64,000 bases of DNA from a virus (Duplodnaviria; Caudoviricetes). A program made the translations under genes and the position numbers. The first letter of the stretch is position 1. Each line of letters opens with the position of its first letter. The stretch is taken from IMG/VR virus record IMGVR_UViG_3300049892_000014, positions 1 through 64,000 of that record; one strand, written 5' to 3'. Positions 54,405-63,883 of this stretch are shown piece by piece. The notes under the pieces are model-generated. The model saw only the letters and a list, made by a program, of their open reading frames with translations. It was not told the origin of the DNA and made no database searches.

Positions 54405-54693
54405 ATTTACCCCCCAACTTAATCATTAGTAAAATTTTCTCTAACTCATCTTCTGACTTGTTCATCAAAAACTTAATAGTATTCGACTGAGCGTGGTGTT
54501 CTCCTCCGTGTAATAGCACAACAAGCTTACTTAATACAACATCATTCCACTCTCTGGGCATCCACTTCTTAATAGGATTACCATAATCGCCAGGGAATGT
54601 TTTGTATAGGATAAATATGCCATTCACGTCGTAAAACCAACCCCACCCGTTAGTCGTATCAATCCATGTTCGACCTATTACACCCACTTCCAT
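54397..54693 (-). CDS. Hypothetical protein, C-terminal-tag family
   Basis: Ends KSEDELEKILLMIKLGG; lies between MoxR and VWA. Confidence 0.65.
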   Translation of the reverse strand: MEVGVIGRTWIDTTNGWGWFYDVNGIFILYKTFPGDYGNPIKKWMPREWNDVVLSKLVVLLHGGEHHAQSNTIKFLMNKSEDELEKILLMIKLGGKYV

Positions 54694-54706
54694 ATATACC
54701 TCCAAT

Positions 54707-54772
54707 TAGTATTCAATTCCAGGCTCACCCTGAGCCAAGACTGAGCTAAGGGTGAGCCAAGATTCAATACTA
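54707..54772 (-). promoter_or_regulatory. Conserved RNA stem, copy 1
   Basis: UAGUAUUGAA-UC-UU-GGCUCACCCU...AGGGUGAGCC-U-GGA-AUUGAAUACUA. Confidence 0.75.
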
Positions 54773-55864
54773 CCAGAGTCCAGCTTGCGTCAATACATCC
54801 TTAAACCGCATAGCTTCTGGCGGCGGGAGCGATGTAGACTTAGGCCGATTCTTAACAAGCAATCTAGCACAAGAAGCCGCTATGTCTGCCACGTTCAATT
54901 CGGCAGCTTTAGCCAACACTCTCCAACCATTCAGCCATCGCTCATTGGTGTTGTTACTGATAACGACAGCTGTTACTGAGGTCAGTAAGGCGTAAGCCCT
55001 ATCTCCACGTTTAGGAAGAACAAGCTTTTCGGGATGAGCCAATACAACTTCAGGATCAGGCAACTCATCACCCTCTTGAAACTTCTTAAACTCTAGAGCT
55101 GGGCCGTCCCCAACACATCCAGCTATAAGTTCAAAGACTACATCGTCAGAGTCTTTGAAACCAAACGCTCTAGCAGCAGCCAATAGCCTTGCAGCCATAT
55201 CCCATGTTCTATTACTTGGCCACGCTTTACCACGACTATCCTCATCCTTAGGAATAGCATTACGCAGATTAGGACGAGTGCGAACAAATGAAACTATCGC
55301 AGTTCGAGCTAATTGGATATTAGCAGGTTTATCCCAATCTTTAGGAAGTTCCTGCTTTTTAGACTGCGGCCATCCAGAGATCATACCCTCAGACCATGAA
55401 TCCAGAGTATCCGCAAAATCAAAGTGAACAAACCTATTAGCCAACGGAGGAGATAGCTCCCATCCATTAGCCGCTTGCTCAGGTGGATTAGCAGCAGCTA
55501 CGATAGTGACATGCTTAGGTAGCTGAAGATCACCAACAGCCTTATCTAAAACCACTCTAAGCAATGCACTCTGTACAGCCGGTGGAGCCGTAGAGATTTC
55601 ATCTAAGAATAAGACTCCAGGAATATCGGTATTCAATCGGTGCGCCCAAGACGGCGGAGCATAATGTACAACTCCATCCGCACCCTGAATAGGTAGGCCG
55701 CTAAAGTCCGAAGGTTCACGGATAGCGGCAATAACTACCTCACAGTTCCAATCCATACTCTTTGCTACGTCAACAAACCAAGAAGACTTACCAACTCCAG
55801 GAGGGCCAGTTAGTAGCACTGGAACGCCCGCCAACATTGCAATAGTCATAGCTTTACCACTCAT
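54770..55864 (-). CDS. MoxR-family AAA+ ATPase
   Basis: GPPGVGKS, REPSDFSGLP, LFLDEISTAPPAVQSALL, AAANPP, PLANRF. Confidence 0.92.
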   Translation of the reverse strand: MSGKAMTIAMLAGVPVLLTGPPGVGKSSWFVDVAKSMDWNCEVVIAAIREPSDFSGLPIQGADGVVHYAPPSWAHRLNTDIPGVLFLDEISTAPPAVQSALLRVVLDKAVGDLQLPKHVTIVAAANPPEQAANGWELSPPLANRFVHFDFADTLDSWSEGMISGWPQSKKQELPKDWDKPANIQLARTAIVSFVRTRPNLRNAIPKDEDSRGKAWPSNRTWDMAARLLAAARAFGFKDSDDVVFELIAGCVGDGPALEFKKFQEGDELPDPEVVLAHPEKLVLPKRGDRAYALLTSVTAVVISNNTNERWLNGWRVLAKAAELNVADIAASCARLLVKNRPKSTSLPPPEAMRFKDVLTQAGLW

Positions 55865-55880
55865 ATGTTTTCTCCTTAAG

Positions 55881-56141
55881 TTATTGTTTTTTCTTCGGGT
55901 TGCAAATAGGACAATCATCTTCCTGGTCTGAGATCCGATCAGGAACTAATGGCCATTGATTTAACTCGCTGACCTGGTTTAAGTCTCCAGTCCATTTTGA
56001 TGATGTGCTATGGATAGTTACAGATGGTATCTTATACTGCTCTACCATAGACTTCACATCATTAAGTTTATGGATATGACGGCTAATAATCTGTCCGTCT
56101 GGCAGTGTGAAATCAACTTCAAAACCTTTCGTCTTACTCAT
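55881..56141 (-). CDS. Hypothetical protein
   Basis: ORF with C-terminal CPIC. Confidence 0.55.
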   Translation of the reverse strand: MSKTKGFEVDFTLPDGQIISRHIHKLNDVKSMVEQYKIPSVTIHSTSSKWTGDLNQVSELNQWPLVPDRISDQEDDCPICNPKKKQ

Positions 56142-56144
56142 CGT

Positions 56145-57107
56145 TTACTCCTTTGGATATTTATTGATATAATCATAAGAATAATTGACTATATCATGTA
56201 TTGATACTGCATAGATAGCTTTTTCTGCTAACGCTACCCGTTCTTGAAGCTCTGCCACATAAGCGTCTACATGTGAACTATTCTCATGCTTACTGGTAAC
56301 TGCCGCTATTTTTGTAGACAAAACTATCTCTCGTAAAGTATTCAGATTACCACCAGCGGCTAGCCAATCAGAGAAGTCTCCCTTTTCTGGAAGGCCTGGC
56401 AATTCTACTACCTTAACTAAATTAGCTAATGCAGCAATGCCATAGAGAATAGTTTTAGCATGTTGTTGTCCAGCCTGGTCATTATCAGGAATAATTACAA
56501 CATTCTTTCCCTTAAACCATTGATTGTAATCTTCCTTCCAACTATTAGCTCCCATCGGATTAGTAGTAGCCGGTAGTCCTAACTTCCACATAGCATCAGC
56601 ATCCTTCTCGCCTTCAACTATGTAGACTACTGGCCTATCTATCCATTCATTGATACGATATGGATATAGTTTAATATCTCCAATCCCAGGTTGCCAATCA
56701 GGATTATGCTCCCAGTCTGCAATGTTTCGATACAAAGCGTAAGACTTCTTATTGTTATCGTCAATAAACTTCTTGACCAATAAGAATGGATTACCCTTCG
56801 GATCTCTATAGACGTGAGAATTAACAAAGTTTCCCTTTGTCCTAGCTCTTTCTTCCATAAGCCCCCTTTCTACAAGCCAAGTAATCACATCACTTACCTT
56901 GTTTTTATTACTGATAAAGAAAGCAAAGTCCCAAGCTCCTCCATGCTTACCGCAAGGCCCACACATCCACACATTCTTATCGGGATGTATGGTTAAGCTG
57001 CCATGTAGATCGTCATGATTGGGACAATGAAAAATAATCTGCTGTCCAACCTTTCGGTCAAACTGCAATCCAACAGTCTTAGCAATGGCTGAACAAGTGA
57101 TATTCAT
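56145..57107 (-). CDS. DNA primase (CHC2 zinc finger + TOPRIM)
   Basis: CPNHDD..SL...CGPC; IVEGEKDA; IPDNDQAG; KGDFSDW. Confidence 0.9.
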   Translation of the reverse strand: MNITCSAIAKTVGLQFDRKVGQQIIFHCPNHDDLHGSLTIHPDKNVWMCGPCGKHGGAWDFAFFISNKNKVSDVITWLVERGLMEERARTKGNFVNSHVYRDPKGNPFLLVKKFIDDNNKKSYALYRNIADWEHNPDWQPGIGDIKLYPYRINEWIDRPVVYIVEGEKDADAMWKLGLPATTNPMGANSWKEDYNQWFKGKNVVIIPDNDQAGQQHAKTILYGIAALANLVKVVELPGLPEKGDFSDWLAAGGNLNTLREIVLSTKIAAVTSKHENSSHVDAYVAELQERVALAEKAIYAVSIHDIVNYSYDYINKYPKE

Positions 57108-57584
57108 GATAGCCTATCCATTAAATATTCTAGGTTCATTTGTTTGTATACAATTCTTTTAATTGTATTTGGAGCTAGTTTATACATGATGCCTAGGGTT
57201 TCCAAGACTTCATTCTCTATATATTGCACATTCTTGCCGTCACAGTCATGCCTCCAATGCGGGCAATCTCTCCAAGATGCTAAGATATTTCTATCTCTAT
57301 TCATTATGGCTATTTTTCTATCTAATCTTTTCATGTTTATCACCTATTAAATCTGATAATTTAATCAAGATGGATAAATCATTTAACTCGTAAATAGATT
57401 TTGCTATTGCAAGCAAATACTCTTTATCGCAATTCAAGCAACAATCGTAACCTAAGTTAATGGTAACGCTATCCGGCCCATGCTTTTCACAATGCGGATA
57501 ATTATAACCTCTTTCAGAAATATTGATAGGCGCACCAGTCATCGCCACACCCCTATTCCTACTATAAGTTATCGTAGCTCTCAT
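57104..57584 (-). CDS. Two small hypothetical genes (57104-57343, 57318-57584)
   Basis: Coupled ORFs. Confidence 0.55.
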
Positions 57585-57595
57585 ACATCCTCCTA

Positions 57596-57643
57596 TAGTA
57601 AACATTCCCAGGCTATACAGAGTATAGCCAAGGATAAAAACTA
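57596..57643 (-). promoter_or_regulatory. Conserved RNA stem, copy 2
   Basis: AUCC-UU-GGCUAUAC-UCU-GUAUAGCC-U-GGGAAU. Confidence 0.8.
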
Positions 57644-58651
57644 AGTAGTGATGATATGTTTTGGATTGTTTTTAGTTACTTCCAATAAAACATCCAAAGC
57701 GGAAGCTTTTACATCATTGCCAGTTCCGAAGATAGCCGACTCCGCCCTAAGCATGTCCTCGGTTAGATTCTTTCTTTTAGCTGTACTACGAACACTCTTT
57801 TCATGGTCTACATAAGCATTAATAGCTCCAAGCAGAGAATAGGCAGAACCCTTAACTTCTGGCACTACGTTGTATTGATTATTGTCAAACAGCTCAATAA
57901 TCCGAAGCATGACATTATCACGCCTTGTACTCTGATCTCCAGGAAATACCTGATCCAAGGCTTCTGCCATACTCTCCTTAGTCATATCACGTTCCGCTAA
58001 GATATTCAACTTCGCTTGAATATCCTGAGAACTTAATACAACTTGATCCATAAGACTCTTAGCAGCCGCTAACTTACGCTCTGCATTAGTCGTATGTTTA
58101 ATCCTTAAAACTTCTCCATTACCATATCGCAATGCAGTCTGTAGAGAAGTTCCACGCTTCACATTGATATGTGTAAGCCTAGCTGTAGTAGCCATAGATC
58201 CATCATGGCTAGAAGCAAATAGGATATGGGCTTTATTCAAATCGTCAGTCCCATTGATAAAGAAGTCACAAGCAGGACAACGTACTAATACCCAAAAGAC
58301 ATTGCCATCTCCCAAAGCTCCAGCGGACTCATAATGAGATCCTCCCGCTTCTCCTATGAGAGTATCGACAAAGTTAAAGGCGTATTCAAACTGTAATGGA
58401 CGATATACGCTGCCAACTGTAGCAAAGAATCTATCGTTATCATCTCTGAATATACCAAAAGCGTTAATCTTTTCACCCGAACCATTCGGATGAACTAACT
58501 GACGCTTAGAGACTGTGAAAGTTAAATGAGCTAGTTGCCTAGCTTGTTCCCAGGTTACTGGCTTATCTGATACTTGAGACAAACCATCGGCCTGGCCTAC
58601 TACAAACGACATATACTCGTTGCTGAGTACATCAAAGGCCATGCTTTTCAT
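57641..58651 (-). CDS. DUF932 (TIGR03299-like) phage/plasmid protein
   Basis: VG..Y.PLQ...AF, ESAGALGDG, SHDGS, IKHT motifs. Confidence 0.85.
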   Translation of the reverse strand: MKSMAFDVLSNEYMSFVVGQADGLSQVSDKPVTWEQARQLAHLTFTVSKRQLVHPNGSGEKINAFGIFRDDNDRFFATVGSVYRPLQFEYAFNFVDTLIGEAGGSHYESAGALGDGNVFWVLVRCPACDFFINGTDDLNKAHILFASSHDGSMATTARLTHINVKRGTSLQTALRYGNGEVLRIKHTTNAERKLAAAKSLMDQVVLSSQDIQAKLNILAERDMTKESMAEALDQVFPGDQSTRRDNVMLRIIELFDNNQYNVVPEVKGSAYSLLGAINAYVDHEKSVRSTAKRKNLTEDMLRAESAIFGTGNDVKASALDVLLEVTKNNPKHIITT

Positions 58652-58965
58652 AAATCCTCCCCATGAAATGCGGCATCAGCTATCGCTTCTACTTCTTCAT
58701 CACTAGCGTAGCCAATGAGAGCTTTATTGATAGGAAAGCCATCATCATCAAAAGCTTTAATAGCTTCCATATCAGTATCTTCGCCATCGTGATCTTTGAG
58801 ACATTCACGTTTATAAGACTCTGTTTCTTCTCTTAGCTGGATCAAAGTCTCATCAATCATGTTTGCCAATATATCCCTGCCTTCCGAAGATGACAAGTCA
58901 ATCTTGTCTATCTCTTCACAGACAGTCCAAGCGGCACCATCATTGTCTTCGATGACTAATATCAT
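58648..58965 (-). CDS. Highly acidic hypothetical protein
   Basis: About 30% Asp/Glu. Confidence 0.65.
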   Translation of the reverse strand: MILVIEDNDGAAWTVCEEIDKIDLSSSEGRDILANMIDETLIQLREETESYKRECLKDHDGEDTDMEAIKAFDDDGFPINKALIGYASDEEVEAIADAAFHGEDL

Positions 58966-58977
58966 ATTCCTCCTTGG

Positions 58978-60079
58978 TTAGTTATTGTAATACTCACTTT
59001 CATACCTATCCATGTACTGCATATTCCCAGGATCTTCAATAATCAATGCTAACCTTGCGCATCCAAGAGAATCTTTCGGTACACTTGTTGGAGTTGAATC
59101 GAAGTCTAGTCCAAAATGCTCAGAAAATCTTCGAGACTCAGCCATCTTAGTTTCGGCAGCATTTAATTTCCATCGCTTAGACCAATTCTCTCTAGCACGA
59201 ACAACTTTAAGTGCTAGAATATCTATATCATCCCTATAATCTTTTAATATAGACTGTAGATGATGATGATATGGCTTCCTATACTTAGATAAGTGAACAC
59301 GAAATACTTTGTATCCACTCAGTAATTCCATATGATCATCAGACCATATGTTATGGTTTCTGATGGCATGAAACGCAGCATAGCTATGCTGTCTAGTAGT
59401 TTGAGACTTACTATCAATACAGTTTAGAAAGACACACTCATCCTTCCCCTCCATTCTAACGAAAGATGCGACAGGATAATGCGCACCAAAACTATAAAGG
59501 GTATCATTTCTATAATATAGTGAGTAATCTGTATTTCTAGCATGGTCTTGCTCTTTTTCAGCCCACAACTCTGCAACTCTACGATTGTTATATACTATCT
59601 TTGGTCGTTTCTTTTTCAGAGTAATAGAAATTTCCATTAGTCTAGCTCCTTAAGAGTCCATAGTATATCACTATCAACCCTACGCAGTCCAATCCAATAG
59701 CCATGCTTCTCATAAGTTACCTTGCGCTCCCAACCAATCTTGGGCAGAACAGGAATATGATAGCCATTAGGATCAGACTGCTGACATAAGATTTTAGCTT
59801 CACTCTCAGTAATATAATACAATCCATTACTGAGAAGTCTTTTTTCTAAATCAAGCTTCATAGCCACTCCTGCATAGGCTTGCAATTCTCTAGCTTCTTA
59901 ACAATTGAAGCCTCATGAGTGTGGCCATCCTGGGTTAGTATTTCAGATATAGTAGGTGATTTCATATCGCAAATTTGCCTAACTATATCCAACATTGTAC
60001 GATAGTGTGCATTGATCTCATTGAGACCTGAGACTTCTCCACACAACGGACAATAATCATCTTGCCACGACATATACAT
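58978..60079 (-). CDS. Three hypothetical early genes (58978-59637, 59637-59885, 59858-60079)
   Basis: Coupled ORFs; 58978-59637 carries a weak C-terminal-tag match VPKDSLGCARLALIIE. Confidence 0.6.
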
Positions 60080-60087
60080 ACTCCTTT

Positions 60088-60217
60088 CACTAATAAATCA
60101 ACCCCAGTCTACGCAGGTCGCTTAAGCTAGAATCTTTCCAGAATGATAGGCAGACACTCAGCCTATCAAACTCGTCCTAGCCCTCTCTACACGTAGACAA
60201 GAGCAAAGCTATTAGCG
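60088..60217 (-). ncRNA. Conserved RNA stem, copy 3 (covariant GUCU/AGAC), enclosing a rod-like structured insert
   Basis: Nested helices CGCUAAUA/UAUUAGUG, GUCUACGU/GCGUAGAC, GCUAGGA/UUCUAGC, UGAUAGGC/GCCUAUCA. Confidence 0.7.
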
Positions 60218-60220
60218 GGA

Positions 60221-60358
60221 TTATTCAGTTGCATACACTAACTGTATGCCACTAACTAAGCACACTATGGATAGCCAAGCTTTAGGGCCAAGAGTATGAG
60301 CTAAGAGACCATACCCTATAGCTATTAAAATATATCCAGCAAATCTTATAGACTTCAT
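60221..60358 (-). CDS. 45-aa membrane peptide (not in ORF track)
   Basis: MKSIRFAGYILIAIGYGLLAHTLGPKAWLSIVCLVSGIQLVYATE; AAGGAGG SD. Confidence 0.6.
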   Translation of the reverse strand: MKSIRFAGYILIAIGYGLLAHTLGPKAWLSIVCLVSGIQLVYATE

Positions 60359-60371
60359 GGAAGCCTCCTTT

Positions 60372-60983
60372 CTAAAACTCAAACTTATCTTTCCCACCTA
60401 TAACATTCATCATCTTATCCATTTCAAAGCGATACATTTCTTCGTCTGATAATCCATAATTGATAGACCATTTAGTAGCTTCGTTGAGATCTGAGACAGT
60501 TTTGAATAAAGTCTCTAGCTCTTGATAAGTCCAATGTTTCCAATATGACGTAGTAGGCTTATCATCTGAAAATAATTTATTAAACCTATCTCTAATTGAC
60601 GCCTGGTATTTTATGGATAGTAACTCCTTATAACAATTCACATCTAAGGCAGCTATACTACCATAATAATTTACCTGAGATATATTATATTTATTACTCA
60701 ACAGTATGCGATAGATGCTGTCAACTCTATTCATAAGGCAATGGCCATCCCGATAAATTCCTAAATCTTTTCCCTTAACCATATAGCCATCATGGTCAAA
60801 CATTACAACTAAATTAGCCGGTCTATCCATATAAGCCATAACAACATTTCCCATAAACAAGAAATCCCGTATAATTGTGACTTCCCGTTTACCTTTGTAC
60901 TTAAAAGATGCGTATTTCTGTCCACGCATCCAGGCCATGGTTACTCCTGCAATATCTGAATAAATAGCTTTTTGCTTAGGCAT
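60372..60983 (-). CDS. Hypothetical protein, C-terminal-tag family
   Basis: Ends LSDEEMYRFEMDKMMNVIGG. Confidence 0.65.
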   Translation of the reverse strand: MPKQKAIYSDIAGVTMAWMRGQKYASFKYKGKREVTIIRDFLFMGNVVMAYMDRPANLVVMFDHDGYMVKGKDLGIYRDGHCLMNRVDSIYRILLSNKYNISQVNYYGSIAALDVNCYKELLSIKYQASIRDRFNKLFSDDKPTTSYWKHWTYQELETLFKTVSDLNEATKWSINYGLSDEEMYRFEMDKMMNVIGGKDKFEF

Positions 60984-60997
60984 CCTATCTCCTTTCT

Positions 60998-61066
60998 CAA
61001 ATACACATTCCCAGGCTTAACAAGCGTCGTTCCAATTACACCAGTTAAGCCAAGGATACATATTCG
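60998..61066 (-). promoter_or_regulatory. Conserved RNA stem, copy 4
   Basis: CGAAUAUGUAUCC-UU-GGCUUAAC...GUUAAGCC-U-GGGAAUGUGUAUUUG. Confidence 0.8.
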
Positions 61067-61129
61067 ATATCCTATTTAGATGTGGAGCCTATCCCTAAAC
61101 AGCACATAATAGATAGACTTGTGGCTTTT

Positions 61130-61306
61130 CTACATATGGGTATCCTCCTTTCTTTTTATAGGAGAAACATAAGTCTTACCATTTCGTAGTTTACACATAC
61201 CCAAAGCTTGATGGCATAGCCTACTATAGTGGCAGCACCAGTTTTTCTTTAGCAAACCCTTATTCCACAAAGATTGACAGTCTCTACATCGCTTTGGGCA
61301 TTTCAT
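61130..61306 (-). CDS. 58-aa Cys-rich protein (not in ORF track)
   Basis: MKCPKRCRDC...WCCHYSRLC...MC; ATGA overlap with the NADAR gene. Confidence 0.55.
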   Translation of the reverse strand: MKCPKRCRDCQSLWNKGLLKKNWCCHYSRLCHQALGMCKLRNGKTYVSPIKRKEDTHM

Positions 61307-61761
61307 TTGTACTCCTGTGTAATCTCATCTCTATGCTCCATAAGCAGGATTCCTAGCATATTCTGCCCAGTATGCCCACAGTCTGGGCAATGACATATAC
61401 CCCAGAAGGTCTCATGGATGTAGTTACCATACTGTAGATCAACTGGATAAGTTTCCTTGAGCATATATTTTAATAACTTATCCAAGAATTTAACCCTTAT
61501 AAGCGTTCTCATGATCTCTAGTTTATATGTTGACCAATCAGGCCTCATATTGGACAGTATGCCAGCTCTGATAGCGTATGTGGGATACTTTTGCTTTCTT
61601 ATATACTCACGATACTGCCTACCTTCTTCGGTTTCGCTAGACATCTTAGAAGCCTGATAAGCATGTTCCACAGTTTTGTAATAGACTCCATCAAACAATA
61701 TAGGCTTACCTATATAATTATTTGAGAGAAAGCTATTACCTTGTTTGAAGAATCTTATCAT
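61303..61761 (-). CDS. NADAR (YbiA-like) family protein
   Basis: FLSN, TVEHAYQASK, RPDW, KF, FWG, GQNMLGILLME.R. Confidence 0.9.
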   Translation of the reverse strand: MIRFFKQGNSFLSNNYIGKPILFDGVYYKTVEHAYQASKMSSETEEGRQYREYIRKQKYPTYAIRAGILSNMRPDWSTYKLEIMRTLIRVKFLDKLLKYMLKETYPVDLQYGNYIHETFWGICHCPDCGHTGQNMLGILLMEHRDEITQEYK

Positions 61762-61776
61762 TTTGTCTCCTAACTC

Positions 61777-61977
61777 CTACAAATAAAAAACCCGATCACC
61801 CTTAACATAGGCTGTTCGGTTATATTTCCAATGTCTATTAGACTCAGTCCATCCAGAATTAACTAGCCCATTCTTTACTCTAATCCATATTCTCCTACAC
61901 TCCTCAATCGGAGCATAGTAAGGATAATACACATGAGCAAAGACTACTCTTTGTTTCTTATTCTTCTTCTTTTTCAT
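61777..61977 (-). CDS. Basic hypothetical protein
   Basis: GGAGG SD directly after stem copy 5. Confidence 0.55.
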   Translation of the reverse strand: MKKKKNKKQRVVFAHVYYPYYAPIEECRRIWIRVKNGLVNSGWTESNRHWKYNRTAYVKGDRVFYL

Positions 61978-61988
61978 AGTCTATCCTC

Positions 61989-62039
61989 CATAAAACAATC
62001 CCAGGCTTAATCCGAAGATTAAGCCAAGGTTATTCTATG
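61989..62039 (-). promoter_or_regulatory. Conserved RNA stem, copy 5, capped by a C(UUCG)G tetraloop
   Basis: CAUAGAAUAACC-UU-GGCUUAAUC-UUCG-GAUUAAGCC-U-GGGAUUGUUUUAUG. Confidence 0.85.
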
Positions 62040-62161
62040 AGTCTTTACTGAACATTCTTGACTGTATCTTATATCTAGCAGTCCTATCCTGTCTAAATCC
62101 AGGATTAAGACTTCCACAGTTTGCCCTACGAGTCATCTTAGGATTAGACTGATGGATTAGC

Positions 62162-63106
62162 CTAGTCTTCTTGTTGACCTCTGACTTCCACAGTTGAGCT
62201 AGACTCATTGATACTCCTGCTAGATTTTATAGTTAGAATCATCAGCACAGCTCCTAATAGATAAGCTATTGCCTTATCATATTGGGTAGAGTGCAGTAGA
62301 GAATCCATACCAATAAAGGTACAGTAGATACCTAATATGCTCACAACGATTAGACATACAAGATTAAACAAATGCCATAGCAATGACAACATATAGTCTG
62401 CCCTCCATAAGCAGGATTAAATACAACCTCCACAACATCCCTGTCTAACTTCGGCATTAACTACATCTATTGCCTCAGCCTTTGCTTCTTCTGGAAAGCC
62501 TTCAGGCCATTCACTAATAAGCCATGGGCCATATTCTACATTCTCTTCCCATTCCTTGGTAAACCATACGCTTCCACCCGAAGACATACAGTATTGTGGA
62601 AACGTAAACTCTTGGCCATCTACCTTGAGAACCAGAATACCAGAGCATAGATTGGGATACTGACCGCTATAAGACACAAACTCAACAGTCATAACTCCTC
62701 CTTAGAGATAGTTAAGTCTAGCCTGGTGCATAACACCATGCCATTTATGAACAGGGACACAACTTGTAATCTTATCCACTATTGCATCAAGACGCTTAGT
62801 CCATAGCCTTCGATCCGCATAAGACAATGGAATGTAATAATCTGCCCCTATAGGCATACAATGATGAGCGTCTATAGGTGACAGATAAAAAGCTACATTA
62901 CGCCAAACATAATAGATAGAGGCATCTCGAAAGTCATATTCTCTATACTGTCCGTAATGCGTATCATCTGCTGGCTTAATGATCGAAGATATTGGAGGCT
63001 TACTAGCCCTAAGAACGCCACCAGAGTTAAGGATAGCTCTTGCTATACCTAACTCATGTTCATCAAACTGTTTTTCATCAAGTTCAATTTTAGGCATATC
63101 ATACAT
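62162..63106 (-). CDS. Three hypothetical early genes (62162-62392 membrane; 62417-62692 ending GCCGGCI; 62702-63106)
   Basis: SD-led ORFs. Confidence 0.6.
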
Positions 63107-63123
63107 AGTGTTTCTCCTTGGTT

Positions 63124-63266
63124 AATAAATCAATCTCAGGCTCAATCTAACTGTTCTAGTCTTACCATTATCGCTATTGCGGCATCTGTACAGCTATTCC
63201 ATTCGGTTGCCTACAGTTTTGCCAGACCATACTATCGCATAGTATTGAGCCAGAAACAAAGCTATC
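63124..63266 (-). ncRNA. Conserved RNA stem, copy 6 (variant), enclosing ~100-nt structured insert
   Basis: AUAGCUUUGUUUC-U-GGCUCAAU...AUUGAGCC-U-GAGAUUGAUUUAUU; flanks nearly match copy 3. Confidence 0.65.
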
Positions 63267-63871
63267 CCTCTGAGTTTAATACTTCGGGTTCACTCACTTC
63301 AAAATCTACAGTCTTAACTGGAGACGTATAGATTGTTTCACTACCAAAAGGCTTAAATATCATCTTAAAGCCTATGGTAATGTATTCACAAGCTGTGAAC
63401 ACGGGACAAAACTCAGGGTGTCCCTGGATATATAGACGATTGCTTACTTCCTCAATCGTATACAGTGTGTTAATGGTTTGTACCTTAATCTTCATCGCAT
63501 TACTTATCCTTTCCTACTGTGGTAGCCAAATCAAAGCCGCCATAGTATCCATTGTGCTTGTTGTGGGTTTGACAGACTATTACTCCATTATCTGTGTAGA
63601 TACGGAGAAACATAATCTCATGACGATCATCTTCATAATCATCTGGGACATCGTTGACAGACTCAGTCTTAATACTGACAAGCTTAGCATTGTCATAAGA
63701 CGAAAGATCATCATCGCAAGTCATATATCTATGCTCACAACAAGACTGTCCTCCATCCCATATGCTCAGGTTAGTCTTGTCTGTGAAATGCAGGATAAGA
63801 GTATCATTCTCCATCTCTACAGACGCAATAGTCTTACCAAAGCAATCTTTTGCATCCTGATCCAAGTACAT
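63262..63871 (-). CDS. Two hypothetical early genes (63262-63495, 63500-63871)
   Basis: Second has the QSCCE...HNGYYGG pattern recalled from phage proteins; AGGAGG SD. Confidence 0.6.
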
Positions 63872-63883
63872 ATCTTCCTCCTA

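Noticed and set aside
62041-62160. c-di-GMP-I riboswitch (GGGCAAAC)
   Set aside because: Lacks the GNRA-capped P2 and the downstream GACGCAAAG consensus.
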